A DNA stretch of 64,000 bases from an uncultured Candidatus Rokubacteria bacterium (GCA_963762145.1 CAVXJS010000014.1:32001-96000), one strand, 5' to 3'. Positions 1-9,388 are shown, counted from the stretch's first letter. Notes: a model not told the origin generated them from the sequence alone. A program made the numbers and translations.

Positions 1-518
1 TCCCGCCAGCCGACGCGGTCCCCAAGGACCACAAGGCGAGCGCGCCACGATCCATCGGCTGCTTCGTCCTCACGATCTCGGACTCGAAGACGCCCGAGAC
101 CGACACCAGCGGCGCCCTGATCCGCGAGCTGCTCACCCGGGCGGGGCACGCCGTCGCTGGCCACGCCATCGTGCGGGACGAGCCGACGCAGGTCACCGCG
201 GTGATCCGGAAGGGCTGCGACGATCCCGCCGTCGAGGCCTTCATCCTCACCGGCGGCACCGGGGTCACCTCGCGCGATTCCACCTTCGAGGCGGTCGAGG
301 CCCTGCTCGACAAGCGCCTCACCGGCTTCGGCGAGCTCTTCCGGATGCTCTCGTACCAGGAGGTCGGCGCCGCCGCCATGCTCTCGCGCGCCCAGGGCGG
401 GGTCGTGCGAGGGCGGGCGCTCTTCTCGTTGCCCGGCTCGCCCAATGCCTGCCGGCTCGCGCTCGAGAAGCTGATCATTCCCGAGCTCGGTCACGTGCTC
501 CGCGAGGTCCGACGGTAG
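1..518 (+). CDS. moaB: Molybdenum cofactor biosynthesis protein MoaB/MogA family (5' end outside window)
   Basis: Open frame from base 3: ...HKASAPRSIGCFVLTISDSKTPETDTSG...ILTGGTGVTSRDSTFEA...GFGELFR...SLPGSPNAC, which are MoaB/Mog motifs. Confidence 0.9.
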   Translation, partial: PPADAVPKDHKASAPRSIGCFVLTISDSKTPETDTSGALIRELLTRAGHAVAGHAIVRDEPTQVTAVIRKGCDDPAVEAFILTGGTGVTSRDSTFEAVEALLDKRLTGFGELFRMLSYQEVGAAAMLSRAQGGVVRGRALFSLPGSPNACRLALEKLIIPELGHVLREVRR

Positions 519-543
519 GCGCAGCGCGGAATCCGTAAGGCGG

Positions 544-549
544 TATAAT
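544..549 (+). promoter_or_regulatory. Possible -10 box (TATAAT) upstream of the protease gene
   Basis: Perfect TATAAT ~40 nt before an AGGAGG RBS and the start; no clear -35. Confidence 0.4.
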
Positions 550-586
550 CGAAGCCGGTCCCCGAGCACCACCCATTCCAGGAGGC

Positions 587-1732
587 GTGCAGATGCGTCG
601 TTCAGCCCTCTTCGTCGCCCTCGCAGTCTCTCTCGTGGCGCCCGCGGTGGCGGCCGCTCAGGCCCCGCCCGCGGAGCCGCTGTGGAAGGAGAGCCAGGGC
701 GCCGTGGCGCCGCCCGACATCCTGCGCCTGAACGACTTCATGCACGCCCTCACGGAGCGCCTCAAGGCGCCGCTCGTCCAGATCCGCGTGCGCCGGGCGG
801 CCGAGGCCCAGGAAGGGCCGGAGCAGCAGCCCAGCGGCCCGGACGAGCGCCGGAGCCAGGGCTCGGGCTTCATCATTCGCGAGGACGGCTACCTGGTCAC
901 GAACGCGCACGTGGTGGGCGACGCCGAGCGCATCCAGGTCCGGCTGATCGACGGCCGGCGGTTCGAGGGCAAGGTGGTGGGGCTCGACGAGCGCGTGGAC
1001 CTGGCGCTGATCAAGATCGACGCGAAGGGCCTGCCGGTCGCCGCCCTCGGCGATTCCAACCGCACCCGCGTCGGCGAGTTCGTCCTGGCGCTCGGGCATC
1101 CCTTCGGGCTCGAGCAGACGGTGTCCTTCGGCATCGTGAGTCGCAAGGGCGCCCCGATCCAGGTGGCGGCCCCCGGCTTCGAGTTCATCCAGACCGACGC
1201 CGCGGTGAATCCCGGCAACTCGGGCGGGCCGCTCGTCAACATGGCGGGCGAGGTGGTGGGCGTCAACAGCATGGCGGCGGTCAACGGCACCATCGGCTTC
1301 GCCATCCCGGTGAACCTGGTGAAGGCGCTCCTGCCCCAGCTCGCCGAGAAGGGCAAGGTCGAGTGGGGGTGGCTGGGCGTCAGCATCGCCGAGGTGCCGG
1401 ACGAGGAAGCCGCCAAGTTCGGCCTGAAGGAGGCCAAGGGCGTGCTGATCCGCCAGGTCGTGGCCGGCCAGCCGGCCGACCAGGGCGGAATCCGCGCCAA
1501 CGACGTGGTCGTGTCCGTGGATGGGACGGCGGTCGAAGGGCCGCGCGATCTCCAGCGGATCATCTCGAGCACGCCCGTGGGTCAGAGCGTCAAGATCTCG
1601 CTCATGCGCGAGGGCAAGGAGACCCAGGTCGCGGTGACGGTGGGGGCCTACCAGGCCGCGCCGCGCGTCCCGCGCCGCATCGTGCCCGCCCCCGGTCCAC
1701 GCCAGCCGTCGCCGCCCCAGCCCCCTCGCTGA
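587..1732 (+). CDS. DegP/HtrA (Do) family trypsin-like serine protease with one PDZ domain
   Basis: Signal peptide, GSGFII, TNAHVV, DLALIK, QTDAAVNPGNSGGPL, C-terminal PDZ (WLGVSI); AGGAGG RBS. Confidence 0.93.
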   Translation: MQMRRSALFVALAVSLVAPAVAAAQAPPAEPLWKESQGAVAPPDILRLNDFMHALTERLKAPLVQIRVRRAAEAQEGPEQQPSGPDERRSQGSGFIIREDGYLVTNAHVVGDAERIQVRLIDGRRFEGKVVGLDERVDLALIKIDAKGLPVAALGDSNRTRVGEFVLALGHPFGLEQTVSFGIVSRKGAPIQVAAPGFEFIQTDAAVNPGNSGGPLVNMAGEVVGVNSMAAVNGTIGFAIPVNLVKALLPQLAEKGKVEWGWLGVSIAEVPDEEAAKFGLKEAKGVLIRQVVAGQPADQGGIRANDVVVSVDGTAVEGPRDLQRIISSTPVGQSVKISLMREGKETQVAVTVGAYQAAPRVPRRIVPAPGPRQPSPPQPPR

Positions 1733-1737
1733 GGACG

Positions 1738-3792
1738 GTGGGCCGAGCCGGACGCCTCGCCGGCAGCCTCGCGCTCGGGCTCTCGCTCGCGGCCGGCGGC
1801 CTCCACGCCGGCGCGGCCGGCGCGGCGGAGGTGCAGGCGCTCTTTCCATCGGACCGGCAGACCGTCCCCGATCCGCGGCAGTCGACCGGGCGCCGCGTCG
1901 CGCTCGCGCTGCCCGATTGCGGCACCGATGCTGCGGGCTGTGACGAGATCCGCCTCGTCAACGAGCTGGACGGCTTCAGCGTCAATCCGCGCGTGGCGAT
2001 GCGCTTCTCCGGACCGGTCGCGCTCGACAGCGTCACGAAGTCCAGCGTGTTCATCCTCCCGCTCGCGCCCGAGCCCTTCGCGTCGCCGATCGGGCTCGAC
2101 CAGCTCGTCTGGGACGGGGCGAGCCACACGCTCTACGCCCGGCCGGAGCGCGCCCTGCTTCAGGCGCGCCGCTACGCGCTGGTCCTGACCACGCGAGTCC
2201 TGGACGATGCCGGGCAGCCGGTCGCGCCGGCGCCGAACGCGCCGATCGTGGCCGAGGCCGCCTACGGGATCTCGGCCCAGGGCGTGGTCTTCCAGCGGCT
2301 CCGGGCCCTCGGCGTCACGAAGCGCGAGGTCGCCGCCGTCACCGTCTTCACCACCCAGAGCGTGACCGGGGGCCTCGAGCAGATGCGCGCGGTGCTCGAC
2401 GCGGGCCCCGCGCCCGAGTTGCGCTTCGCCCTCGGGCCGGCCGGCGCCCGCTCGGTGTACGCGCGGGTGGAGCTGGACGGCCTCGAGCTGCGCCGCCACG
2501 TCGCCGCCGATCCGGTCGCCCGGCTCGAGGAGCCGGTGAAGCTTCCGCTGATGCTGGTCCCGCCCACCGACATCCGGACGATCGCGGTCGGACGATTCAG
2601 CGCGCGGTCCTTCCTCACCGCGGACCGCATCATCCCCGCCACCGGGACCCGGGACGAGACGCCCGCCGTCCAGGGCAGCGAGGACGTGGACGTCACGATC
2701 TATCTGCCGACCGGCACGAGGCCGACCGGCGGCTGGCCGGTCGCGATCTTCGGTCACGGCTTCGGCAACGACCGCCACGTCGTGCCCATGATGGTGGCCG
2801 GCACCATGGCGCGCTTCGGCTACGCCACCGCGGCCATCAACGTGGTGGGGCACGGCGGCGGGTCCGAGGGCACGCTCACCGTGCTCCGCACCGGCCAGGA
2901 TCCGGTGACGCTGCCCGCGGGAGGGCGCGGCACGGACCAGGACGGCGACGGACGGATCGGCTCGACGGAGGGCGTGGGGACCCGCGCGGGCACGCCGCTC
3001 GCGCTCATCAGCAGCCGCGACGGGCTGCGCCAGACGACCGCGGACCTCATGCAGCTCGTCCGGGCCATCCGCCGGGGCGTGGACGTGGACGGCGACGGAC
3101 ACGTGGATCTGGATCGCGAGCGCATCGCCTACCTCGGGCAGTCTTTCGGCGGTATCTACGGGACGCTCCTGATGGCGGTGGACCCGCTGGTGCGCGTGGG
3201 CGTGCTCAACGTGGCGGGCGGGCCCATCGTGGAGATCGCGCGCCAGTCTCCGGTCTTCCGCGGGCTCGTGGCGGACCAGCTCAAGCGGCGGCAGCCCCCG
3301 CTGATGAACGGCGAGCAGGACTTCGCGGAGGCGATTCCGCTGCCGGGCGAGGCGCCGGTGCGCGAGCCGGTCGCGGGCGCGCTCGACATCCAGGCGTTCC
3401 TCGACCGCGCGGAGTGGCTCAGCCAGCCCGCGAATCCGGTCGCGTTCGCGCCCTATCTGAAGCAGGCGCCGCTGCCCGGGGTCAGCGTGAAGGCCGTGCT
3501 CTACCAGTGGGCCGTGGGCGATCGCACCGTGCCCAATCCGACGACGGCGGCCCTGCTGCGCGCGGGCGTGCTACAGCCGGTGTCCTCGCTGTACCGGCAC
3601 GACCCCGCCGGCGTCTCGGAGCGCTTCAAGAACCCGCACGGGTTCCTCGTCTGGACCGCGTTCCCCGAGGTGTACGCCATCGGGCGGGCCGCGCAGGAGC
3701 AGGTCGCACGCTTCTTCGTCTCCGGCGGCCGCCAGATCGAGCCCGTGCTGCCGCAGTTCGAGATCGGTGCCGCGCCGCCGCCGAACCCCTGA
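1738..3792 (+). CDS. Secreted Ig-like domain plus alpha/beta hydrolase (lipase-like) protein
   Basis: GTG start at 1738 after the protease stop; signal peptide; DGFS, HGFG and GQSFGG nucleophile elbow; C-terminal NPHGF. Confidence 0.75.
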   Translation: MGRAGRLAGSLALGLSLAAGGLHAGAAGAAEVQALFPSDRQTVPDPRQSTGRRVALALPDCGTDAAGCDEIRLVNELDGFSVNPRVAMRFSGPVALDSVTKSSVFILPLAPEPFASPIGLDQLVWDGASHTLYARPERALLQARRYALVLTTRVLDDAGQPVAPAPNAPIVAEAAYGISAQGVVFQRLRALGVTKREVAAVTVFTTQSVTGGLEQMRAVLDAGPAPELRFALGPAGARSVYARVELDGLELRRHVAADPVARLEEPVKLPLMLVPPTDIRTIAVGRFSARSFLTADRIIPATGTRDETPAVQGSEDVDVTIYLPTGTRPTGGWPVAIFGHGFGNDRHVVPMMVAGTMARFGYATAAINVVGHGGGSEGTLTVLRTGQDPVTLPAGGRGTDQDGDGRIGSTEGVGTRAGTPLALISSRDGLRQTTADLMQLVRAIRRGVDVDGDGHVDLDRERIAYLGQSFGGIYGTLLMAVDPLVRVGVLNVAGGPIVEIARQSPVFRGLVADQLKRRQPPLMNGEQDFAEAIPLPGEAPVREPVAGALDIQAFLDRAEWLSQPANPVAFAPYLKQAPLPGVSVKAVLYQWAVGDRTVPNPTTAALLRAGVLQPVSSLYRHDPAGVSERFKNPHGFLVWTAFPEVYAIGRAAQEQVARFFVSGGRQIEPVLPQFEIGAAPPPNP

Positions 3793-3803
3793 CCGTGGCG
3801 CAA

Positions 3804-3840
3804 CCCTCGCCCCCGAAGGGGGAGAGGGCAGGGTGAGGGG
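3804..3840. repeat. REP-like palindrome, possible bidirectional terminator
   Basis: ccctcgccccc-gaa-gggggagaggg hairpin followed by cagggtgagggg, between convergent genes. Confidence 0.6.
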
Positions 3841-3846
3841 GTGGGG

Positions 3847-4320
3847 CTATCCCGCCCGCAGCGCGCCCAGCACCGCCGTCACCCAGGGCTCCTCGAGCGC
3901 CGGCACCGGCGCATACGTGATCCCGCTCGTGATCCGCACGTCACCTTCCTCCGCGGTGGGCGTGTCCTCCAGGACGTCCTCGACCGCCAGGTCGAAGCGC
4001 GCCAGCTCGCCAAACCGAAGCGGCGCGCCCGTCGCCCGGCACTTGACATAGACCGTGAGCCCGGGCTCGACCACCAGCAGCGTGCCCACGCCGCGCTCCT
4101 CCAGGTTCCGCGCGCTGCGACTCTCCGCGGCGATGGCCACGCGCAGCGTCCGGGTATCCACCGCGAGCCACTCGAGGTAGCTGCACAGCATCGGGTGCAG
4201 CGTGCCGTCGGCGGCACGCGTGAGGAACGGCAGGCCACGGCCGAGCACGGCGGCCAGATCCGTCTGAGAGAAGCGCGCGACCAGCTCCGGCGGCAGCGCG
4301 GAGCCGAGCGACCGGCTCAT
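3847..4320 (-). CDS. Pyridoxamine 5'-phosphate oxidase-like FMN-binding split-barrel protein
   Basis: MSRSLGSALP...FLTRAADGTLHPMLCS...SRSARNLEERG; ATG just after the upstream gene's stop. Confidence 0.65.
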   Translation of the reverse strand: MSRSLGSALPPELVARFSQTDLAAVLGRGLPFLTRAADGTLHPMLCSYLEWLAVDTRTLRVAIAAESRSARNLEERGVGTLLVVEPGLTVYVKCRATGAPLRFGELARFDLAVEDVLEDTPTAEEGDVRITSGITYAPVPALEEPWVTAVLGALRAG

Positions 4321-4325
4321 CGTGA

Positions 4326-5291
4326 CTAGTAGCCGCGCGCCCGGTCCACCGTCTCCCGCAGGGGCTGGCCGCCCGCGAGGAAGCGCTGCAGGTTGTCGGT
4401 GAAGAGCTCGGCCACGATGTGATCGCGTCCGGGGTGGAGCCCGCCGATGTGCGGCAGCACCATGATGCCCTCGGTGACCCAGAAAGGATGCTCGGCGGGC
4501 AGGGGTTCGGTGGTGAAGACGTCGAGCACCGCGCCCGCGATCGTCTTCGCGGTGACCGCCTCGATCAGGTCGGCGTCCACGATCAGCTCGCCCCGCCCGA
4601 AGTTGAGCAGGTACGCGCCGGGCTTCATGCGCTTGAGGCGGGCCGCGCTCATGAAGCCCCGGGTGTCCGGCGTCACCGGCAGCAGCAACAGCACGAAGTC
4701 GGAGGTGGCCAGCACGGTGTCGGTGTCGGCGGGCCCGTACACCCGCTCCACGTGGGGCATCGGCGCCGGGCGGAGTCGCGTGCCGATCACGCGCATCTCG
4801 AGGGCCTCGGCCTTGCGCGCCAGCTCCTGGCCGATCACGCCCAGGCCCAGGATGCCGAGCGTGGTGCCGGCCAGCGTGGTCGAGACGCGCCGCCGCCAGT
4901 GCCGCGCCTTCTGATCCTGCGCGATGCCCGCGTAGCCCTTGGTGAGGTGGAAGAGCGCGCCCATGATGTTCTCCGGCATCTGGACCCGGTGCGTCCCGCG
5001 CGCGCAGGTGAGCGTCAGGTCCTTCGGCAAGTCCGGCAGCGCGAGCCAGCCTTCCACGCCGGCGGTCAGCGCCTGCAGCCACCGCAGGCGCGGCATCTGC
5101 GCGAGCACGCCCGCGCCGGCCCGGAAAGCCATCATGGCCTCGCAGCGCGCGAGCAGCTCGGGCTTCGGCGTCTCGCCGAGCGGGACGTCGACGACTTCGA
5201 CGCGCTGGTCGAGTCCCGCCCGAGCGAGGCCCTGGCGGTACGGTGCGGTGTCGGGAATCCAGAGCAGCACGAGCGGACGATCGGTGGCCAT
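4326..5291 (-). CDS. D-2-hydroxyacid dehydrogenase (NAD-binding)
   Basis: GILGLGVIG, LLNFGRG, AVLDVFTTEPLP, PHIGG motifs. Confidence 0.92.
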   Translation of the reverse strand: MATDRPLVLLWIPDTAPYRQGLARAGLDQRVEVVDVPLGETPKPELLARCEAMMAFRAGAGVLAQMPRLRWLQALTAGVEGWLALPDLPKDLTLTCARGTHRVQMPENIMGALFHLTKGYAGIAQDQKARHWRRRVSTTLAGTTLGILGLGVIGQELARKAEALEMRVIGTRLRPAPMPHVERVYGPADTDTVLATSDFVLLLLPVTPDTRGFMSAARLKRMKPGAYLLNFGRGELIVDADLIEAVTAKTIAGAVLDVFTTEPLPAEHPFWVTEGIMVLPHIGGLHPGRDHIVAELFTDNLQRFLAGGQPLRETVDRARGY

Positions 5292-5401
5292 GTCGGGTGG
5301 GTCCTCCCCGCGGGATCGTAGCCTCCAGCCGTCGGCCCGGCAAGGCCTCCTGGTTGGCGGCGAGTTGCTCCGCGCCGGACCGTCCGGTAAGGTGCAATCT
5401 C

Positions 5402-6289
5402 ATGCGCGCGCTCGTGATCGGAGCTTCCGGACAGGTGGGCGCGGCCCTGTTGCGCGTGCTCCGCGCGCGGGGTCACGACGCGGTCGGCACGTGGGCCCAC
5501 GAGGCTTTTCCCGGCCTCGTCCCGCTCGATTTCACCGATTCCGCCGCGACCGAGCGTCTCGTCCGCGAGACTCGCCCCGACTGGGTGCTGTGTCCCGCCG
5601 CGCTGAGCCACGTGGACTACTGCGAGGAGCATCCCGCCGAGGCCTTCGCCGCGAACCTGCACGGGCCGCTCGCCGCCGCGAAGGCGGCCGCCCGCGCCGG
5701 GGCCGGCTTCGTCTACTACTCCTCCGACTACGTCTTCGACGGCGTGGACGGGCCCTATGCCGAGGACGCCCGGCCACGGCCGCTGGGCGTCTATGGACAG
5801 AGCAAGTGGGAGGGCGAGCAGGCCGTGCTGGGCGCGCTCGAGCGCGCCCTGGTGGTGCGCACCAGCGTGGTCTACGGCCCCGAGCGCCAGGAGAAGAACT
5901 CGGCCTATCAGCTCATCCGCGCCTGCCGCAGCGGCAAGGGATTCCGCCCCGCGGTGGACCAGCGCGCGAGCCCCAGCTACAACCCGGACGTGGCCGCCGC
6001 CACCGTGGAGTGCTGCGAGCGGGAGCTGCGCGGCACCTGGCACCTGGCCGGCGCCGACGTGCTGGACCGCATGGCGTACGCGCAGCTGGTCTGCCGCGTC
6101 TTCGACCTGGATGCCTCCAATCTGACGCCGGCGACCACGGCCCAGCTCGGGCAGAAGGCGGCGCGCCCGCTCAACGGCGGCCTGCGGATCGAGAAGGCGC
6201 AGGCCGAGCTCCGCACCCCGCTGCGCGGCGTCGAGGCCGGGCTCCGCGCGATGCGCGCCGCGCTCGATGCGGCGCCGGCCGGCGCCTGA
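5402..6289 (+). CDS. RmlD-like (dTDP-4-dehydrorhamnose reductase family) SDR
   Basis: MRALVIGASGQVG, SSDYVFDG, YGQSK (YxxxK), VDQRASP. Confidence 0.85.
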   Translation: MRALVIGASGQVGAALLRVLRARGHDAVGTWAHEAFPGLVPLDFTDSAATERLVRETRPDWVLCPAALSHVDYCEEHPAEAFAANLHGPLAAAKAAARAGAGFVYYSSDYVFDGVDGPYAEDARPRPLGVYGQSKWEGEQAVLGALERALVVRTSVVYGPERQEKNSAYQLIRACRSGKGFRPAVDQRASPSYNPDVAAATVECCERELRGTWHLAGADVLDRMAYAQLVCRVFDLDASNLTPATTAQLGQKAARPLNGGLRIEKAQAELRTPLRGVEAGLRAMRAALDAAPAGA

Positions 6290-6296
6290 GCGGCCG

Positions 6297-6325
6297 TTGA
6301 CCAGTCCCGAAACATACGGTACAGT
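6297..6325 (+). promoter_or_regulatory. Sigma70 promoter of the tRNA operon
   Basis: TTGACC-17 nt-TACAGT, 25 nt upstream of tRNA-His. Confidence 0.7.
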
Positions 6326-6350
6326 CACAACTTGGCTGTCGTCCTGAGAC

Positions 6351-6428
6351 GGTGACCGTAGCTCAATTGGTTAGAGCACTGGACTGTGGCTCCAGGGGTT
6401 GAGGGTTCGATTCCCTTCGGTCACCCCA
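6351..6428 (+). tRNA. tRNA-His (GTG)
   Basis: G-1, acceptor gtgaccg/cggtcac, anticodon arm ctgga-ctGTGgc-tccag, T-loop ttcgatt, CCA end. Confidence 0.96.
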
Positions 6429-6451
6429 CTCCTGAAGTCGGCCAGGCTCGG

Positions 6452-6528
6452 GCGCCCATAGCTCAGCTGGATAGAGCGTTAGCCTCCGGAGCTAAAGGTC
6501 AGAGGTTCGAATCCTCTTGGGCGCACCA
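6452..6528 (+). tRNA. tRNA-Arg (CCG)
   Basis: Acceptor gcgccca/tgggcgc, anticodon arm ttagc-ctCCGga-gctaa, T-loop ttcgaat, CCA end. Confidence 0.96.
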
Positions 6529-6573
6529 TTTTTTGGTGTAGAAGTTCTGATGTAGCAGCACCCGCTACGACGC

Positions 6574-6653
<80 letters not shown>

Positions 6654-6654
6654 A

Positions 6655-6689
6655 GACAAGGGGTTCCGGGTTACCGGGACCCCTTCGTC
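6655..6689 (+). terminator. Hairpin downstream of tRNA-Lys
   Basis: gacaaggggttccgg-gtta-ccgggaccccttcgtc inverted repeat. Confidence 0.55.
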
Positions 6690-7226
6690 GTCTCTACAGC
6701 TGGCTCATGTGTGATCGCTTGCGTGATTTTCTGCGGGGTCAGTACGGTATCGAGGCGAGCGACGGCGGAACGCAGGTGCTCTGGCGATAGGTGGGCATAG
6801 CGCATTACCATCGCCAGGGAGCTGTGGCCGAGGAGGTCTTTCAGCTCGGGCAGGGTCGCGCCCCGCTGAATCGCCCACGAGGCGAAGGTGTGGCGGAGGT
6901 CGTGAAACCGGAAGTCCTCAGCCCGGCCGCCCTCACCGAGGCCTCCCAGTGCCCGCGGAAGGTGTACCAGCTCCGGGAGTCGAACATGAGTCGGTCACCG
7001 GGCGTTTCTCTGGCGTCCTGCGGGCCAGGATGGCGTCCGCTGGGCCGTTCAAGGGAACCTCCCGCCGGCGGCCTGACTTCGTGCGCTCGAGGAGCACCAC
7101 GCCGCGGGCGCCGTCTACCCGGTCCCAGGTCAGTCCGAGTAGCTCCCCTTGGCGCATGCCGGTGTAGAGGGCCAGCTCGGCGAGGTCCGCGAGGTTCGGG
7201 TTCTTCTGCGTCCGGCACTTCTCAAG
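6671..7226 (-). pseudogene. Tyrosine recombinase/integrase, catalytic-domain remnant (N-terminus lost, two frameshifts)
   Basis: Across frames: ALYTGMRQGEL, TKSGRRREVPL, FRFHDLRHTFASW, KDLLGHSSLAMVMRYAH; TAA at 6671-6673. Confidence 0.9.
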
Positions 7227-7277
7227 CTCGATCACCTGATCCGCCCGCTGCAGCAGCGACGGCGGGACCTTCAGGCC
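7227..7277 (-). pseudogene. ABC_sub_bind 3'-end ('tail') fragment fused in frame to the integrase remnant
   Basis: Encodes [17 protein letters not shown] with no stop, running straight into LEKCRTQKNPNLADLAELALYTGMR. Confidence 0.85.
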
Positions 7278-7294
7278 AGCGTCGTCGTCTCGAA

Positions 7295-8317
7295 TCACCT
7301 GCCGGAGTCTCCGACGATCGTCTCCGCGCGGCGCACCAATTCGACTCCGATCTCGGAAGCCCACTTGTTGTAGACCGGACGGGTCTTCTGACGAAACACC
7401 TGAAGCTCTGCGGGCGAGAGCTGGACCACCTCCATCCCATAAAGCCTCTCGAGGGTCGTGGGCAGAGTCATGTCGCGATCCAGTCCTTCCCGTGCTTCCC
7501 GCTTCTGCACGGCCATAATCTCCTCTCCGGCCTTCCGAACTATGTTCCGGTCCTCAGGTGTTAAGCTCATCCACGTCTTCCCACTGACAGCCAGGATTAA
7601 GGGGTCGATTGCGTAGTGCCATAACGTGACGTGCCTCTGTATTTCCCAAAGCCTGTACGGGATGATAAGAGCGAGCGGATTCTCGTGCCCATCCACTGTG
7701 CCTTGCTGCAAGGCGGTCAGAGCTTCGCCCCAATTCATACTTACTGGGTTCGCACCGAGCGCACGGAAGACCTCCATGCAGATCGGAACACCGACCACGC
7801 GGACCCTCAAGCCTTTAAGATCTTCTGGTCGGCGAACTGAGAGCGTTGAGTTCAGCTCGCGGAAGCCGTTCTCCCCCCAAGCGATTGGCACTACGCCCTT
7901 GTGCTCGATCAGCTTGAGCAAGCGTGAACCGGGATCCCCCGCTTGCACCGCATCAAGGGCGCCGTAGTTAGGGAACATGAACGGCATGGAGAAGAGGTTT
8001 AGCTCCTTCACCTGTGGAGACCAGTTGATAGTTGAGCCGATGGCAAAGTCAGCTCCACCTTGCTGCAAAAGCCGGAACTCCGTTGTCTGTTGATCCGCGA
8101 AGAGCCGCCCGTTGAAGTGGGGCTTAACCTGGATACGTCCCCCGGTCCGACTCCTCAGGGCGTCAGCAAATCTGATGGCGGCCCGGCCCCACGCGGTGTC
8201 CTCGTTCACGACGACGGACATCTTGAACTCGGACTTGTAGCCGCTCTGCGCCTCGGCGGCGAGCGGCGCGGCGAGGAGGCTTCCCGCTACTGTCCTGAGG
8301 AAGGTGCGTCTGTGCAC
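7295..8317 (-). CDS. dctP: TRAP transporter substrate-binding protein (DctP family), orphan
   Basis: WGENGFREL, DLKGLRVRV, ALQQGTVDGHENP; signal peptide of the ABC_sub_bind-head type (RRTFL..AGSLLAAPLAAEAQ); no dctQM nearby. Confidence 0.88.
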   Translation of the reverse strand: MHRRTFLRTVAGSLLAAPLAAEAQSGYKSEFKMSVVVNEDTAWGRAAIRFADALRSRTGGRIQVKPHFNGRLFADQQTTEFRLLQQGGADFAIGSTINWSPQVKELNLFSMPFMFPNYGALDAVQAGDPGSRLLKLIEHKGVVPIAWGENGFRELNSTLSVRRPEDLKGLRVRVVGVPICMEVFRALGANPVSMNWGEALTALQQGTVDGHENPLALIIPYRLWEIQRHVTLWHYAIDPLILAVSGKTWMSLTPEDRNIVRKAGEEIMAVQKREAREGLDRDMTLPTTLERLYGMEVVQLSPAELQVFRQKTRPVYNKWASEIGVELVRRAETIVGDSGR

Positions 8318-8406
8318 ACGGGACCCCCGCCTGACCGCCCGTGTAGGAGGGACCGGGCGGAGGACGGCCAAGCGGAAGGAAGTTACACCGTGCTGAGGCA
8401 GTCCGC

Positions 8407-8645
8407 TAGGACTTCCTGTCCGCCTTCAGGCAAGTATGTTTACGCTGGTTCAGTAGGTCGGCCAAGCGGGTTTCGAGCACCAGCATGATGCCAGCGCCGA
8501 CGAGCGTAGCCCACGGCCAATGGCTGGAATGCAGCGGCCAGCCCTCCGCGATCAGGACACCATCAGCATGATCGAGACATATTGAAGCACTGGGATCATC
8601 TTGCCTTGGCGACGTGCTCGCACGGGCACGAACGGATCATCCATG
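8407..8645 (-). pseudogene. Small membrane protein, disrupted
   Basis: GGAGG RBS; MDDPFVPVRARRQGKMIPVLQYVSIMLMVS* continues in another frame as EGWPLHSSHWPWATLVGAGIMLVLETRL. Confidence 0.35.
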
Positions 8646-8676
8646 ACCTCCCTATCGCACGGGGTTGGGTGATAGA

Positions 8677-8720
8677 GCCCGAAGGGGCAGTCTCAAGAGG
8701 GCGGCTCATCCCCTTCGGGC
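8677..8720. terminator. Hairpin downstream of the small lipoprotein gene
   Basis: Perfect 11-bp inverted repeat gcccgaagggg...ccccttcgggc. Confidence 0.5.
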
Positions 8721-8739
8721 GTGATCCGGGCGTGCTCAC

Positions 8740-9036
8740 TCAGCCTCGGATGAGATAGGCTCCGGGCGGCACGCGATATTGGAGTTCTTCGCAGGGACCG
8801 GGCGGCGGCTGATGCCCGGGTGGGCGATCAGGGAACCAGACACGACATTCCCCCGGCGGCGGATAGTGCCCACGTGGAATTCTGGGAGCGCCGGCCGCGG
8901 GATACGGCGGGGGTCCCGGTGCGCGGCCCGGCTCGTCGGCAACCACGACCGCGCACCCAGTCAGCACGACTACACTCAGGAGGAGACCGGCGACAAGTCC
9001 TGGCCCTCCCCGCGTGGTCAGTCGATGGTTAGTCAT
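8740..9036 (-). CDS. Small Pro-rich lipoprotein
   Basis: Lipobox VVLTGC; IPRGHYPPPGECRVWFPDRPPGHQPPPGPC; overlaps the upstream ORF end. Confidence 0.7.
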   Translation of the reverse strand: MTNHRLTTRGGPGLVAGLLLSVVVLTGCAVVVADEPGRAPGPPPYPAAGAPRIPRGHYPPPGECRVWFPDRPPGHQPPPGPCEELQYRVPPGAYLIRG

Positions 9037-9388
9037 GCCGCCCGCCATGCTTCCTACGCCAACCATGTGCGCCGGCCCACGGCGGTGGCCCGTCCTTGCC
9101 GCGGTTGTGTCTCCAGTACCTGTGCTCCCAGTCCCTGTGCTTATGGCTTCCGTATCCATGGCCTCGATAGTAGCGCGGGGCGTGGTACGAGTAGCCAGGG
9201 TGCCCATATCCGTAGATGGCATGGGGCGCATAAACCACCGGGGGACGTACCACGATGACCGGTGGCTGCGGCAGCCAAACTGATACCCCCAGCCCGAAAT
9301 CTCCCGCTCGGCCCGGTGTGGGGACAAGTAAAAAACCCATAGACACGCCCACGATGACGCTAGCAAATACCGCGGCGGCTCGTCTCAT
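9029..9388 (-). CDS. Small secreted His/Tyr/Arg-rich protein
   Basis: GGAGG RBS, signal peptide, PPVIVVRPPVVY, GPPPWAGAHGWR. Confidence 0.65.
   Translation of the reverse strand: MRRAAAVFASVIVGVSMGFLLVPTPGRAGDFGLGVSVWLPQPPVIVVRPPVVYAPHAIYGYGHPGYSYHAPRYYRGHGYGSHKHRDWEHRYWRHNRGKDGPPPWAGAHGWRRKHGGRHD

Noticed and set aside
682-1737. N-terminal extension of the 1036-aa ORF, and other long overlapping ORFs (25016-29344 extensions, 25718-28042, 41489-43765, 43720-45639, etc.)
   Set aside because: Arg/Pro/Gly-rich shadow frames expected in very high-GC DNA; they overlap well-supported genes.
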